64,000 nt of DNA from Amoebophrya sp. A120. Lineage: Eukaryota; Protista; Dinoflagellata. A model generated the notes under the pieces. That model saw only the letters and a program-made list of their open reading frames with translations, was not told the DNA's origin and did not search any database. The stretch spans positions 7,680,989 through 7,744,988 of the forward strand of contig CAJINV010000005.1 of NCBI GenBank assembly GCA_905178155.1. The letters are read 5' to 3'. Positions within the stretch are counted from its first letter, which is position 1. Each line of letters starts with the position of its first letter. Positions 47,876-61,368 of this stretch are shown here, piece after piece. The translations under genes and the position numbers were made by a program.

Positions 47876-50800
47876 TCTAACACGAAGAAAGACCATTGCT
47901 GGTGGTCAGAAATAAGGTGGGCGCCATCTCACGCAGGAACTAGGTAGGAATGTATCAAAAGGAAAACAAGAACAAAACTGTCTCGTCGGTTTAGTGTTGA
48001 GTATACCTCCCTTGATGATTGTTGCAAGATCAGCAGGACAAACATGCTCAGTGGATGAATCTGGGAGAGCACTTGTACCTCTGATGCTTCATAACAAGGC
48101 GTCATTGAGAAATCGATCAGCAACACAGACTGAGAGGAGGACCACTTCTGAGACAGTTTATTTTTCTTTGCAATCATAAATATCTCGACGGCACTACTCC
48201 TTCTACAACTCGTTGCACGTCGTGTACTGGAGCTTGGTTGGAGGTCCTTCGTTGTGCTTGCTGTCGTGGATAATATTGTCGCTCGTTCTTTGATTTTTAC
48301 TATACTCGTACTATACAGATTCCGTGCGTACGAGATGTAGAAGTTGTATTCCTGGCTGCTCGTGGTCTTCCTCGTAGCTGTAATGAATTCAATGTGCTTC
48401 GTGGGTCCTCCTCGTTCGTGGTCATTATGGTAGCGGTTCCGTAGTCCCGCGGTTTTGGTGCGATGACGTCGTGCCGAATGGGAGTAAATTCACACACGTT
48501 GTTCCTGGTTTCTTAGCGGCATAAACAATCTTCGAAGATGATGCCCTATTGAGGAGCCACGGCACGGACGGGTCGCCAAATAACTCAAACACTGCTTGAA
48601 TGTAATTTTTTTACGCTTCTGGTTGTGAAGACTCGAGGTGGACGTCGCCGTCGCCGTCGGCGAAGTTCTGGAACTGGTATTGAAGATGAGACCGACCAAG
48701 AGCTGCAGCCGGAGCTCCGTCCTGCTATATAATTTCCTCGTTCTTGTAGTACGCGATCACAAAAATGTAGATGGATGGCGCCGCTGCAAGAACCGTGTGG
48801 CGGTGCTGTGGTCTCTTCCGGAAAGATCGAAGAAGACGAGAAAACATAAAAAACATTACCTTTAACGAGTACTATCAGACTATGATGAAAGAGATACAAG
48901 ATGACCTCGAATACAATGCTGACAATCGATCAGGCTATTGCAGCTCGTACTAGGGCCTCTACGAAGTAGATCGTTTATTCTTGCGGAAAATATTTTTGTA
49001 AAGGTACACTCGATCTATTTTGGCCCTTGTTCACCACTACTTTTTGATGACGTCAATTCCACTGCTCCGAAGAGAGGACCGCACAATTATGTAGCACTTT
49101 CTATTACTTTTAATATCTAAAAATCTTTGCGAGAGCGCAACAACCTGAAGAAAGAAACAACGTTGACGTCTTCTATGGGTCGTGCCTTTATATTTTTACG
49201 TAGAACTGCCGACAACTTCTGAATCTATCACAAATCGTGCTTCTCTTGACAGAGATTGACTGGGATACGTGCATTTTGATATTGATATCAACTGGGTGGA
49301 TGATAGACAGAAAGTAAAAATGGGGCTGGGGCTAAGGTAGAAGTGGTTTGGTGCTTCTGCTTTTTGTACCGACCCGCCACCTGCTCTGCGGTCGATGTTA
49401 CATGTCGGCGTCCTCTAGAACTAGCTCTAATAGGTGTAGCTGTAGGTGGCTGCATATATCAATCATAATCGACGACCGCCAACATCATGTAATGCAAATA
49501 TAAAAAAGCAAAAGTGAGATCTTTAGGACGGCAAACGTCGTGGTGAGCACCAACAACAATGTTGGAATAAACAGATCTTTGGCTCACGGAAAAATCTTCG
49601 CGCAGGCAGCTTCGCAGGGATAATGAGTCAAGAGAAAAGACTTTTGTTCAACCCTAACTTTATTAAATGTGGTTCGCTGCTGATAATGTCTTGCTCTTGC
49701 CTCTTGTACTGGACCTAGATAAGTTAATTTCTAGGAGAGGCTTGAATACTTCGACTCGCGCATCGAAAACAGTCGGTAATTCTTCGTGGTGCTAAAAGTG
49801 GACTACTTTAGCTTGCCACTACGACTACTTGTACTTACCACTAATAGCAAGGTCGGATATAATCACAGTTCATGTAGGTGCAAACCTCAAATAAATAGTT
49901 CGTTCTCTTCCGCCAGTTTTCAGTACTTATGTGTTTGATCTTCCTCTTCATTCGATAGCCGCCATTCCTGTCGTTCAACGACGAGAAAGGTCTTTATTAC
50001 ATGTGGAAAATTATGGGGATCGTGGCCTCGCTTTTTGTACTTCTAGCTTTGGCCATGGCAGAAAAAAGAAAAAGTAGCCTCGGAAGGAGGTGTCTTCACT
50101 GATGTTGCCCGTAGTCAGGGGTACTCCGCTGGTCTACTACTGTTCGAGCTACAAGGTGGATCCTTCGTCGGACGACGACGAGTACAGTTTACACAACATG
50201 ACCTGCATTGCACATACACCAAGCAATGACGGAGGAACACAGCAAAACGACAACTACTTGTCTTCAGCGCAGCTGCGTCGGGGAAAGTCTCATCGGACGT
50301 GATCCCCGGCGAGCCAAACAAGTCTACGTCAGACTTGCACGAGATATTTTTCGACGAAATAAATCATCTTGCTCTACTGTACAAAGTCATCATCAAAAAA
50401 GGTAGTTGCATTTGCTGGTTATAAAAATTATCTCGCTTTCATCTTCTCTGATTTTGCTATCAGCTACTAACCTCGCCATTCGTCCGCGAAGGATATTGCT
50501 CCTTGTTCGCTTCACCTCCTGCGACGCGAGCGCCGTTGCATCAAGAGCTGCTACAATTCTATGTATTGTATTGTTGCTAAAAAGCGTACCCTTCTTTGCT
50601 TCGACAACAAGAAGGCTTTCGCTTTCTTTCCCGGTGGAGGTCTACAGCTCTATCACGACAATGATAAATCTATCATGGCAGTGCCTATTTTCCCCTGTAT
50701 GAAAGTTCCGAAGCAATTTTCATCTACCAACTCCGAAAAATAGAGCCCTACAATAATAGTGCAGTCATTCTTGTGCTGCGTCGATCCAAAATTTTTCCCG

Positions 50801-52514
50801 TGACCTAACAAACAACGAAACGGAAATCGAAATGACGTGGATGTGGTGCGGAGGAATATTTATTAATATCCGCGCACTATTTCCTATTTGTAATTGTTCA
50901 GCTGCTGCCCCTTTAACATTCTCGCCTTCGCGAGATGAAAGAAAATAAAATAAATAAATAATCAAATGATAAATATCTAGCGAAACGAAAGCCTTTCTAT
51001 ATTTCAATTTCTCGACAATTATCTTATATCTGCAGAGTAACAGGAGGTGCTATCTCTTCATAAATTGAACGAGAAAAAAGATCTATTAATTTTGTAATAA
51101 AATGAAGTACGTAATACTCATCGCTGACTGTTGTGTCTTTTCTGACAGATCGACTCTTCGAAGTTCAAAGTTTGTTTCACTTGCGTACCGCTGTCCATAC
51201 AACCACGCAGGAGCGACGACGAGAGCTAGACCCACATAACAATTCGGCATGATGTGCCCATGCGCGAAATTGTGTCGCTTGAGCAGCAAGAGGACATCAC
51301 AGAATTATTCGTAGTTGAAACTATTAATATTCTATGAAGGAAGTGGGAAGCTGTCGACACTTAAACTTATTGTTTGATGGACTTGCAATTTATTAGTATT
51401 ACTCTGAGCATGCTTCCTCTCGGATTCGATGCAACTGCGAGCCCAAACGAAGCCTCTCCATGCAACGACGCTTATGCGTTGCATAACAGGGCTTGTTCTG
51501 ATTTCGCATACGCAGGACCGCCATGCTTTTACTCAAGAAAAAAATTGCAGTAGCATCAGGGTCTGCTGCAGAGGGTGCGCATGCGCCTTCCTCTTCGCAT
51601 ACCACCTAGCTATGTTGCGAGGCAGTTCTTTCTTCTCATCTGGACCAAGCCTGCAATTAATTTTGTGTACTAGTAAAATAGTGTTTTTCTTGCGTAACTA
51701 AGAGAGTTTTTTCATAAAATTGCAAGCGCTCCTGCTGTTGAGGACACTGGGCACGAAAATAAACTTACCTGAAGTGGATGAAGCTTCAGGCTCATTATAA
51801 ATTTCAATTATCAAAAAAAAAAATTATACTCGACCTGAAATAATAAAATTTTAAGCTTCGACGCAGTAGCTGTGCTGATCACAGCTTTCTGTGCAGTGGA
51901 AAGACGTGGCTTCTTGTTTGTTCTAAGCTGAGTGCAATTATAAAAGACTGCTACATTGAAACACTATTCAAGTTCCGCAACGAAGACAAGAGGAAGGCAG
52001 GCATCAGCGTCTTCTTCTTCAGAGGTGCGAAAATGTGAATGATACTGCGTGCTATGTTTTGATGTAAAAGTGTTTGAGACAAAATGGCAACATCTATCAA
52101 CCTTTACATAGATATTGCCTGATTTATTGTTCCTTATCCTTGCTTGTTGAGCACTCTTCTTTTCGTCCTACCGGTAGATAAAACGTTGCCTAGTACAGAG
52201 GACCACTTCTCTTGTTTTCGGATTATCTTGCAGCTGTCTGGAATAAAAATGCAACTTCGACGTGAAAACGCAGCTACGCGTCGCCAAATTCCTAGGAGCG
52301 TCAGAGGAGGCTACTGGTTGCGTTCTCGTAAAAATCACACGCTGGATCATTCGTACGTACAGTTCATCTTCTTGCTTTCTACTACGTCTCCCATACTAGT
52401 TCTGTGGAAGCTTTTGTTCGAAGCGATTCAAAACCAAAAGAAAAAAAAAATTGCAATGGCTTTTCTCTCAATTTTCAACGTGAAAGCTCGGCTTTCTGAT
52501 CCAAGTGATTGCTG

Positions 52515-52734
52515 TATGACAGTGCACAACTCCCCCTCCCCCTGACTTGTATAGCACGAACGGCAATACAAGCCCCAGCCAGTGCGCAGGTTTTGCATGA
52601 CAAATTTGCACAGGATTGTAGTGCTATTTCTTTGGGCTGCCAGAACTTGTCACGCAAACAGTGCTCGGAGGCAAAGCCTGGACTGGGTATTTTGCATGAC
52701 AAATGAGGGGGAGGGGGAGTTGTGCACATTGATA
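52515..52734. mobile_element. Introner family F (probably in 3' UTR)
   Basis: DR tgctg/tgttt; close copy of the 12967 element. Confidence 0.9.
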
Positions 52735-52737
52735 TGT

Positions 52738-55700
52738 TTACTGCATCCCTTTCTCCTCATCTTCCTCCCGCCCGGTACGGCTCGGACGAGTCGTGGCCAT
52801 GTCAGGGACGTTCTCGTAGGACACCTGACGAGCCAAAGAAAAAGAATGGGTCGTCTTCGTCAGACTCAGATGATTACGATACGAAAATAAAATAAAAAAG
52901 CCGTGCGATGGAACAAGTGCAAATAACAAAGTATGGCGTTCTCAAATGTTACATTCTCAGCTGTTACATGAATTTGCAATGCAAGAACGGCAAAAGTGAA
53001 AGGGGGAAGATTGCGCCTTTTGCATTACAGATTTGGCGTAGATCTGGCTGCTGTTTGGCCCTTCGGAGATTTGTCATGCGAAGCAGCTTAATCGTGGCGA
53101 TCTTGCTTGTAAATTTACATTACAAACCACGTAACAGTTGAGAATGTAACGCTTGAGAACGCCATACAAAGCAAAACTATAACTTCTACAGGCGTAGGAA
53201 ATAAAACGTAACCGCAAATAATCCCCTACCTGGCCATCCACGGAGGACGTAGCACGTAAATGCGGCAAAGCTTGGCTCTGTAGTTGGGACGTGAACCATG
53301 CCTGTGTTGTAGTGTAGAGTACTTTGCTATGATTTCGTCTCCTGTCTTTCTTGTTGTTCTGACGATGTGGCAATCTTTGATGGAAGCGAGAACCTGGAAC
53401 GTGAAGAACGCAAATTTTCCAGGAGCAAGAACGCTATACACATCGAAAGTCATTTACTCGCCATAGCGCTCTACTGCACCTTCTGCATGACAACGAGGAC
53501 GATTGTGCCGAAGAGGGCCAGCAAATCCACTACATACCTGAGCTTCAGCTTCTTCGAAATGCGCTCCACCGCCCGCCGTCAGTCCGGCCGCCTGCCTGCT
53601 GGAAAAATTAATCGTCGTGACCGTGCCGGTCGTGTCCCGTCCACCCAGATTGCTCTTGCTTTTCTCGCCGTGCGAGAAAGTTCCGCTGCGGTACACCTGG
53701 TCGATGTCACAAAGAATTTTTCAATTTACTCATTCATGATCATCACAGTTATATATAGTGTTGGCATGCGCGATTTTGATCTATCAGCATCATTCGTCGA
53801 AAAGCAAATGAGTGGGTCCGCTTCGTCCATCCTCCACGAATTCGATCGACTGCTCTTGCGCACCTGTCCAGACGAGTGCTGCTGGTTCATGCTCTCTCCA
53901 CCGGCGTCACCGTTCATCTTCATATTGATCATCTTTGCCCTATGAAACGCAAAGACTTTTTCTGTCTGGGAACTTAATCCTGAATAAGAATTGCCCTTCA
54001 GAGTGCAGGCGCACCAGCAACCAGGCTTCATCAAAAGGATTTTGCTGCTTTTTTCATGCGTCCGGGTCTGGCGTTGGCGCGTTACAGATGCAAGATATCA
54101 CACAAGAGAAGTCCAGCTTTTCGAGATGTTCCCGACATGTCAGATACTTGCTATGGATACCCCTTTTGTCCGGTTTTCGCTCCGAAGACGAGCACTGCTC
54201 CACGCGGAGAGGATGATGAGCAGACCTGATTGAAATGATTTTTTTTCATTTTGGTGTGGTCAAGAAAGAACTTCGACCATTGCGCGATCCCACTCTGTCA
54301 TGTCCACGCGTTTGGCTCGTGCATACACATGGCAATGGCGATTCAAAAAAATGCTTTCGTTTAAAATTCAGTTCATTGTGGTGCTGCTAGTACAAGAGCG
54401 ACCCAAGTTGTGCAAGGAAATAAGTGGCGCTGGCACCTACTACGCCACGCAGATCAAAACTCCAACACTGCTCTATGCCCCATGCCCATGGCCCATCGTG
54501 GCGCAAGCAAAATATTTAGTCCTTCCGTGCGAGTGCGTATAATCTACTATACCTTCTTTTCTTTCTGGGTATGGAAATCACTTTCGCCGTCACTGGAGTC
54601 GCTTGTTTCTTTCGGGTCTTTATCCAAACGTTGCAGCGCGTCGCCGTTTGGCAACTGAGATTCTTCGTACATGGGAAAAAGCGCTGCAGTTACATACTGG
54701 CACTGGGTTGCAAGACCATCACAGGCGACCTTTATTATGTAGCTTACTTCCCCGCGTGTTCTTCTTCACTAGGAGCGATCCCCGGACTAGTACAGCTCTT
54801 CTTTGTCATGCGTAGCAAGCAACTTCGTTTCTCTGAAGTTCCACCAGGTGTGTAACTGTAGCACTTTTTCCGTGTTCCGTATTCTTGTGAATCTTCCGAA
54901 ATGGTTGGGGATACCTGGGTGTAATTGTAAGTAAATGGGGCTTCATCGGTGATGTCTTTCTACCATCGTGGAAAGCAAAAATAACCACGACAGCCCCGTC
55001 TTTGACTCAAATGGAAAAAAAGACCACACTTATACCTCCAACATGCCCATGCAAATGGCGCCGTACTCAACACCCGTTCGGTCTTTTTCGTTTAAAATCG
55101 CCTCCCGCATTTGCTCCTTCTCTTCTTCCTCGCGACCGGCGAGACCCTGGCCAAGTGGCTCTTTCCCTCGCTGTCTATCTTTTTTACTATCGTCATTCTT
55201 CATCCGCGTCGCCACTATGCACTCGTTAGCCATTAGTCTCTGCCGTCTGGCCTTCCGATTAGCCCGGGTCTCCGCATTGTGGCAGCACCAGGCGTTGTTT
55301 TGACAACAGCAAATCGCAGCTACTCGCCAACTATGCAGCTTTGCAAATATGTTTGGCTATGGGCCTGGAAAGGTGGACACGCAGACTTGTTTAGACTAAT
55401 ACTTGTCTGGCACGCCCATTTTTCAACAGAAAGCAAAGCACATCTCATCCCCAGCACCAAAAAAACAAAAACTTGCGCTGCGGGTTTTATTAGTGTCACA
55501 AAAACTGAAGCTCACTCTTGGTGCTCAGCGTGAAAAACCTTTACTGTATGCATATGTCCGAGCGCGCCTCCAGTCGCGAACTAGAATGACACGCTGCACT
55601 CTACACGTCGACACGAAGTTCCTTCTTTAGCTAAAGTACTTTGACTTTTCGTCTTCGCATTACAGAGGTTCTAGTGACAGGACTGCAGCAACGCAAATTT

Positions 55701-58700
55701 GTTCTTTTTTCTGGTATGAGTGTGCGTTTCTGTTGAAAAGTGGTTGTTGATTCTCTGATGCTTGTTGAGCAGGAAGTGGAGTGCGCATTCTTTGCAAAAA
55801 TGCAAGACAGCAGTTTCTGTTTCTGACGAGAAGAACGGAACGCATAGTCTCTGAAAATCTTGTCATGCTTGCCTGTGGAGTGTCGTCATCCCATCCTTCA
55901 CCAATTTTTTGCATGACAACTTTCCTCCCGACCCAGAAGACCCAGACACATTTGCACTTCGTAGCGAACGACACCAAAGTAATACGCCGCCAAAACGAAA
56001 ACGCAGCATGAAGCAGGCGTCAGGATACCGAAGGGCGTATCCACAGCAAATTTACCGCACGCGTACACCTGTACGTCACAGCATGAAAACACTGCAACTC
56101 TTCCACCTGCACGACTTTGAGTTTGATTTTTCAAATAAAGCAAACTTTTTGCGAAGAAAATTTGTATTATGGCATGTTGTAGCTGTACACGTGCAGTAGA
56201 TTTTCATTTGTATTGCGTAATGCAGAGTCCATTCGTGCTTCTGCGCAAACCGCATGAGTTCCTCCAACTCCGTGTCGAGGTCTCAAGTGTAGTTACACTC
56301 TCAGTTCTTACATGATTCGTCATGCAAAATCCTCATGAGCATCCATCGACAGGACCAAGCTACCCTGCATGACAAATTTTTGAGGGGCCAAACTGCATGC
56401 GAAAATAAATCTGTTCCAATTTGTAATTCGAGAGGTGCGACGAGAACAAGTTCCCCCCGTTCGCTTGTGCTATCTTTGCATCACGAACTCACGCAGCAAT
56501 AGATGAGAGTGTAATATGGAGAGAAAAAAGTTTGTCACAGTCACTAACTTGCAGGTTTTGCATTACAAATTTTCTTAGCATCACAAATTTTCCTTGTATT
56601 GCAGAAACACTAGGGAAATCCCTAATGAAGTTCGGCTGTGATGCATTTTTACGCATGACAAACGCATTTGTATTGCAAAAATGCGCATCAGTGACCGTGA
56701 CGAACTTTTTTTCTTTGATATGTAACTACGCTTGAGACCCCCATACTCCGCACGCAGGTCGTACGCGTCCACTTTCGCGTTCGTCTTGGAGGTATCAAAT
56801 GTAAAAATGTCTGGGTCTGGAAGATTCGAAACTTGTAATGCTGCCTCTGGATTCTAAAAAAATTTGTATTGCATGACCAGCAAAAGGACTCCAGTTTGTG
56901 CTACGTGGAGAGGGCATTTCTAGTGCGGTAGAGGCATCACGAAGTCCTCTAAAAATCTGTGATGCTAGGGCATGCATCACAGACATCATGGGTCATTAAA
57001 AATATGCATGACAAACCTGGCAATCTTCCAGACCCAGACATTTTTACATTTGATAGGAGGTCGATGTACTACTACCACTCCCCGCCATTGTAGTTGTACC
57101 CTTTCCCACCTTCTCGTTCTCCGTGTCCTTGTTCACGTTGTTCGCTGATTCTACTGCTGATTGGTCTTTTTCCTTGCGTGCCTCATCGCTAAGATGATCA
57201 TGATCTTCCTGCTCCGTTTGTTGGCTGCTGTAGGTAGTAGAAGTACTTCCAGTGGAGGAAGCAAGCGCGGAAGTTTCCGTGAAAGAAGAAGCAATGTTCG
57301 CAGCATCCCGGGCGTTCATTTTCTGCAGTTCCACCTGAAATTCTTGTTGTTGTTGCCCTTGTCCAGAATTCGGACCAGCAGCTTCAGCGTCGGTATCGGC
57401 TAGCAACTCTTCATTTGTTGTAGCAGTGATCGAAAACGAAATCTCGGCAATAGCCCGGCGCGGAGAAGAAGGTGGAGACTGCGGCAGTTGCTGGTCGTGG
57501 TTTTGCGCCGGCTGCTCTGATGCGATTTGGTGTTTCAGCCCAATATGCGCAGCCCCGCCGACGCGATTCTGGTTGGTGTTGATTTCCGCGAAAGATTTTG
57601 TCTGAATGGTGTGGGTAGTTTCCGGCGTCGGTTCATCTTGTGTTTCCGTTTTCGTGTTAGCCGTCTGAAGCTGCGTTTGCTGATACTCATCTACCGTCTT
57701 TCCGATTTCCGCTGTTTTCGATAATGCTCCTGCGAAAACCCGACGAACAAACTCGACAAAAATATTTCTCTCGCCGACCTCCCGCCGCCCGTCCTCCAAA
57801 TTCATTGAATATTCGCCGAATTCAAATAGCGGCGAAATGCTTCGGAAGCCGGTAGCTATGGCGTCCGCTGCTGTAGTCCCCGTTGTTGCTCCCGGGCCTT
57901 GTAATTGTTGTTCTCCCGCCGCCGCCCTCGTCCTCGCCACAATAACACGGTCTTCTACGTATTTTACAAATTCAGCTAGTCCTAGAACCGCGGTACTTTC
58001 TTCATTACCGGTCAACCGCGTCTGCAATTGTTCCGGGGGAGCGGCGTGTCGGGTCACTTGGTCAACCACGTCTGCAATGGCTTTTTCAGTGACTAAGTCC
58101 AATGGCCGCTGCATTGATCGACGGCGTCCCAAAATATTCTGGTAATTATTCTGGTAATTGAGATGTCTGTCTAACTCTTTGAACAGCTTGGGCTGCGCGT
58201 CGAAAAACGCCTTCGTGTTTCGAGCCGTTATCGCTTGAGTCTGAACCTCATCAAGACAAACCCTGATCAAGTCCTGGAGTCTTTTTTTCGCTTGCTCACG
58301 TTCGGTCCCGAAGTCAAGTTTTGTCCATTGAACAAGGCCGATCTTGATCTTCCCGACGATCTCTTTCGCCAGCCCTTCAACTTGAAAGGCGAAAAATAGG
58401 ACTGGTCGCGGGTTGCCTGCTGTTGTGTCTTTTTGCTCCGTAAGCCAAGCTCCTATTGTGGTTTCGAATAGCGCGGCCGCGCCTGACTCGTCATGAATCA
58501 ATTCTGATATCACTTGATGCGGTTTTACCAAGAATTGTTGTGTCGCCTTCCTTGCTTGCTGTCCAGCGCCCGCCAGAGCGGCCCAAAACTTCATCTCTTC
58601 ATCCTCTTGGTCTTCTGGTCGTGTGCTTAGAGAAGAGCTGTCGTTTGGCACATGATCAGGATCACCCTGAACGGCAGGCAGGACAGTCGGAATCATATCT

Positions 58701-60470
58701 TCTAATCTTTTTCCGATTCCACCAGACGACTGTATAGCAAATGCTAAAGAAGAACCCAGTACTCTCCCAACGAACGCGAAGTATTGACTCTGTTTCTCAT
58801 TACCGCCGCTGCCGAGTAGTTGTGAAATGGACTGGAAGCCGGTTCCAAAAAAGTCGCTGCCTCCACTTGATTGTTCCACCGGGCCCGGGTACTGACGGAT
58901 ATATGTCTGAAAGTGGTGCGCGTAGTCGACGTCTTCTTCTGCTTTTTTCTGCAGAGCGGGCTGATGTGCAATCTTCCACTGCCTGTACCAGTTGAAGAGG
59001 CGACCCCCACTTCCGGCCTTGTCTGTGACCAAGTCTGTGACTATCTTGGCCATGATGTCGTCGCTCGGCTTTGTTCCGAATAATGCCTTGAATCTGTTGT
59101 CCATGACCACGTCGCCGATCTCTCTAAAGCGCTTTTCGATGCTGTACGCTGCGTTGTTGCCGTTGGCCTGCCCTCCCGGGCCATTCAAAAGGAAGACCCT
59201 TCGCGCCACCAAGACCAAAAACGAATTGTCCTTCAGCTGGATACTGCCGCCAGTTGATGGCGTCTGCAGTTCCTTGTACTTCACCTGCTCGCTGTCGGTG
59301 GAGGAGCGGCTTTTCTGAAAGAGGCTGCTTATCTGCTCATTGTTTTCGAAGCAATACACTTTACCGGCGTTGCCGTCCTTCCGTACTTCTAGCACCAGAA
59401 CCAAGTCCGCTATGGGTTCGTCGAAGGGGGAAGAGAACGTTTTTCGCCTTCCCTGCGTGGCATCGCAACTTCCGTCTGCCGTCCAACTTCCGGGACCCTC
59501 CTGTCTAGCGTCGTGTTTGTTGTTTTCCCCGGGGAGCGCGAGGAGCTTGTTGGCTTCTTGTAACGCAGCCGCAGAACCAGGAAGTGCACAACAGAACAAG
59601 CAGGAAGGCCAGAAAGTATTACTTTCTGGCGCTACTTCCGAAGTAGCGCCAGAAAGTAATACTTTTTGGAGGTCATGCAACACGTTCAAGCTGACCGTGT
59701 CCGTGACGCTGCGGTCGGCGCTCGAGTGCGAGTCCGATTGCTGTTGTTCATCTAGTTCTCCTGCCACAGCCGGCCGGTAAAGCTCAAGAAAGACATCCCG
59801 GGCGTCTTCAACAGCCGCTGCCGCTACTGCATTCAGTGCCTTAGAGACAGCAGCATCCTTGTCCTGCTGTAACTGTCTCGTGAGCTCTTGCGGCAAGTCT
59901 CTCTGGGCGGGTTGCATAGGCAACTCCGTGTGGTCCGACATACCTTGTTCCCCGTGAACGTTCTTGGATGAGGGCGTTAGAGTTTTTGCTGCCGATTTAG
60001 AAAAGGCCAGCAAGTTCTTCTTGACAGCGTCATTGGCCCACGCGTCGAGGGCCCACGCCCATGCGTTATCACTGTTACTGGAGGAAAGCGAATTCCAAAA
60101 CGCCGACTGTATACCCAGGAACATCCGAACGTCATCGCTTTGGACCAATTGGAGGAGTGCGGCTCGGGCTGCAGTGGGTATGTTGTCAAACCCTAACACA
60201 TTTTCCTTTAGAAAGTCAGTTATGACCTGCTCTCCATTCCCCTGTGTGAAGTAGTGGTCAAAAGCCTTCTGGTGTTTGTCAATGCTGATTGTTAGTGCCT
60301 GCGCCTTGGGCCCTTCACCGGCCAGTGCGGCACGCAGTAGCGAAGTCTGCTCGGGAGTCGGACTCTCCACCGAACACAGGATACCACCCATCTTGAGGAT
60401 CCAATCTACCCACCCACCAATCTTGAGGACACTGGGCACCACCCATCCAGCAGCTGGCGGCGTAGGATCG
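52738..60470 (-). CDS. Hypothetical multi-exon protein, probable single-pass membrane protein with large N-terminal region
   Basis: The 1132-aa ORF 57044-60442 joins in frame across elements 56793, 56273, 56038 and 55332 to a hydrophobic stretch FGILTPASCCVFVLAAYYFGVVRR and Cys-rich AICCC..WCC. Exons between 53.2 and 55.0 kb and the start codon are unresolved; probable stop at 52738-52740. Confidence 0.6.
52825..53229 (-). other. Probable GT-AG intron containing a family E element
   Basis: CAG|GTAGGG...pyrimidine tract...TCAG|GTG. Confidence 0.55.
52932..53166. mobile_element. Introner family E (inside probable GT-AG intron)
   Basis: DR caaag/caaag. Confidence 0.93.
54666..54881. mobile_element. 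Degenerate family C-variant introner
   Basis: ggaaaaagcgctgcagttaca / tgtaactgtagcactttttcc inverted repeat; ends approximate. Confidence 0.55.
55332..55963. mobile_element. Long degenerate family A introner
   Basis: Residual A TIRs at both ends; +5 rule joins the TM exon to the next exon in frame. Confidence 0.62.
56038..56219. mobile_element. Degenerate family I introner
   Basis: TATCCACAGCAAATTT...TTTGTATTGCGTA; frame restored. Confidence 0.75.
56273..56745. mobile_element. Introner family E with nested J element in its right TIR
   Basis: DR ctccg/ctccg; begins TGT. Confidence 0.88.
56515..56720. mobile_element. Introner family J, nested
   Basis: DR tgtaa/tgtaa. Confidence 0.92.
56793..57055. 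mobile_element. Introner family A
   Basis: DR ggagg/ggagg. Confidence 0.93.
59609..59669. repeat. 61-bp near-perfect palindrome inside a coding exon
   Basis: ccagaaagtattactttctggcgctacttc-c-gaagtagcgccagaaagtaatactttttgg. Confidence 0.9.
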
Positions 60471-61368
60471 GTCTACTTTCGCCTACGATGTGGGAGGCTT
60501 GTCGGAGGACGAAGGCGCACCTAGTAATCAAGCGACGGCGTCCACCTCCTGTTGCTCCTGTTCAGCAACTTCAAAGACGTTGTCGCTGCATGGAGCAGCT
60601 GAAGACCCATTCTACAGCTTCTGACACTCATTCTGACACATGATCATGAGCTCTAGCGAGCACACTGGACCGCATCTTTGTTGCAGTTTGTATTATTTGG
60701 CGTTGACCTTACGTGGAACTACAACTATGAGAGAATGGGCACAGCGTGGCGGTCTTCTTCAATTCAGTTCAGCTACAAAAAAAGACACCAGCTGCGTCAG
60801 GATCATCGTGCTTTTTCTTTTTGTTCGTCATACAATACACATCAACATGTTGCTCCACAGAGAAAAATAGTTCGCGGATAACGTTGATTTTCCTGTCTAC
60901 ACATACTGAGGAACTCGCGTCAACACAGCTCCGACGAGTAAACCAAAGAACACCACATCGTGGTCGCCACGCACGATATTAATTGCATTTGCAGCTGCAC
61001 TGCGCAATAAAAAGCTCATGAGACAAGTACTATAGACCAGAAGCATGGCGCGTATGTTAACAGGGCCCAATACTCGTAACACAGCGAGGACTCTTCAGCT
61101 TGCCACCTTGCATCAGCAAGGCCTTTCTTTCAAAGTCGTAAGCTGCGTAGTATCTTCTTTCTTCCGCATTTCGTGCCGACTCTTCGCGCAAGAATGGACA
61201 TCATTGACGGGCTCTCGTGTTGATGGTGTGCAACGAAGAACAAAATTCCGGGTGAAGCTGGAGGAGAGGTCATCAAGTTTATTTAAATCAATTCGTGCGT
61301 CGGGCTTTCTCGCCTTTTTCAAACTGTGCCAAGAGTCAAATTTTGCGTGTGCGCTCAACCTATTCACT

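Noticed and set aside
47900-49100. Possible further 5' exons of the HDAC gene
   Set aside because: I could not establish junctions or a continuous frame
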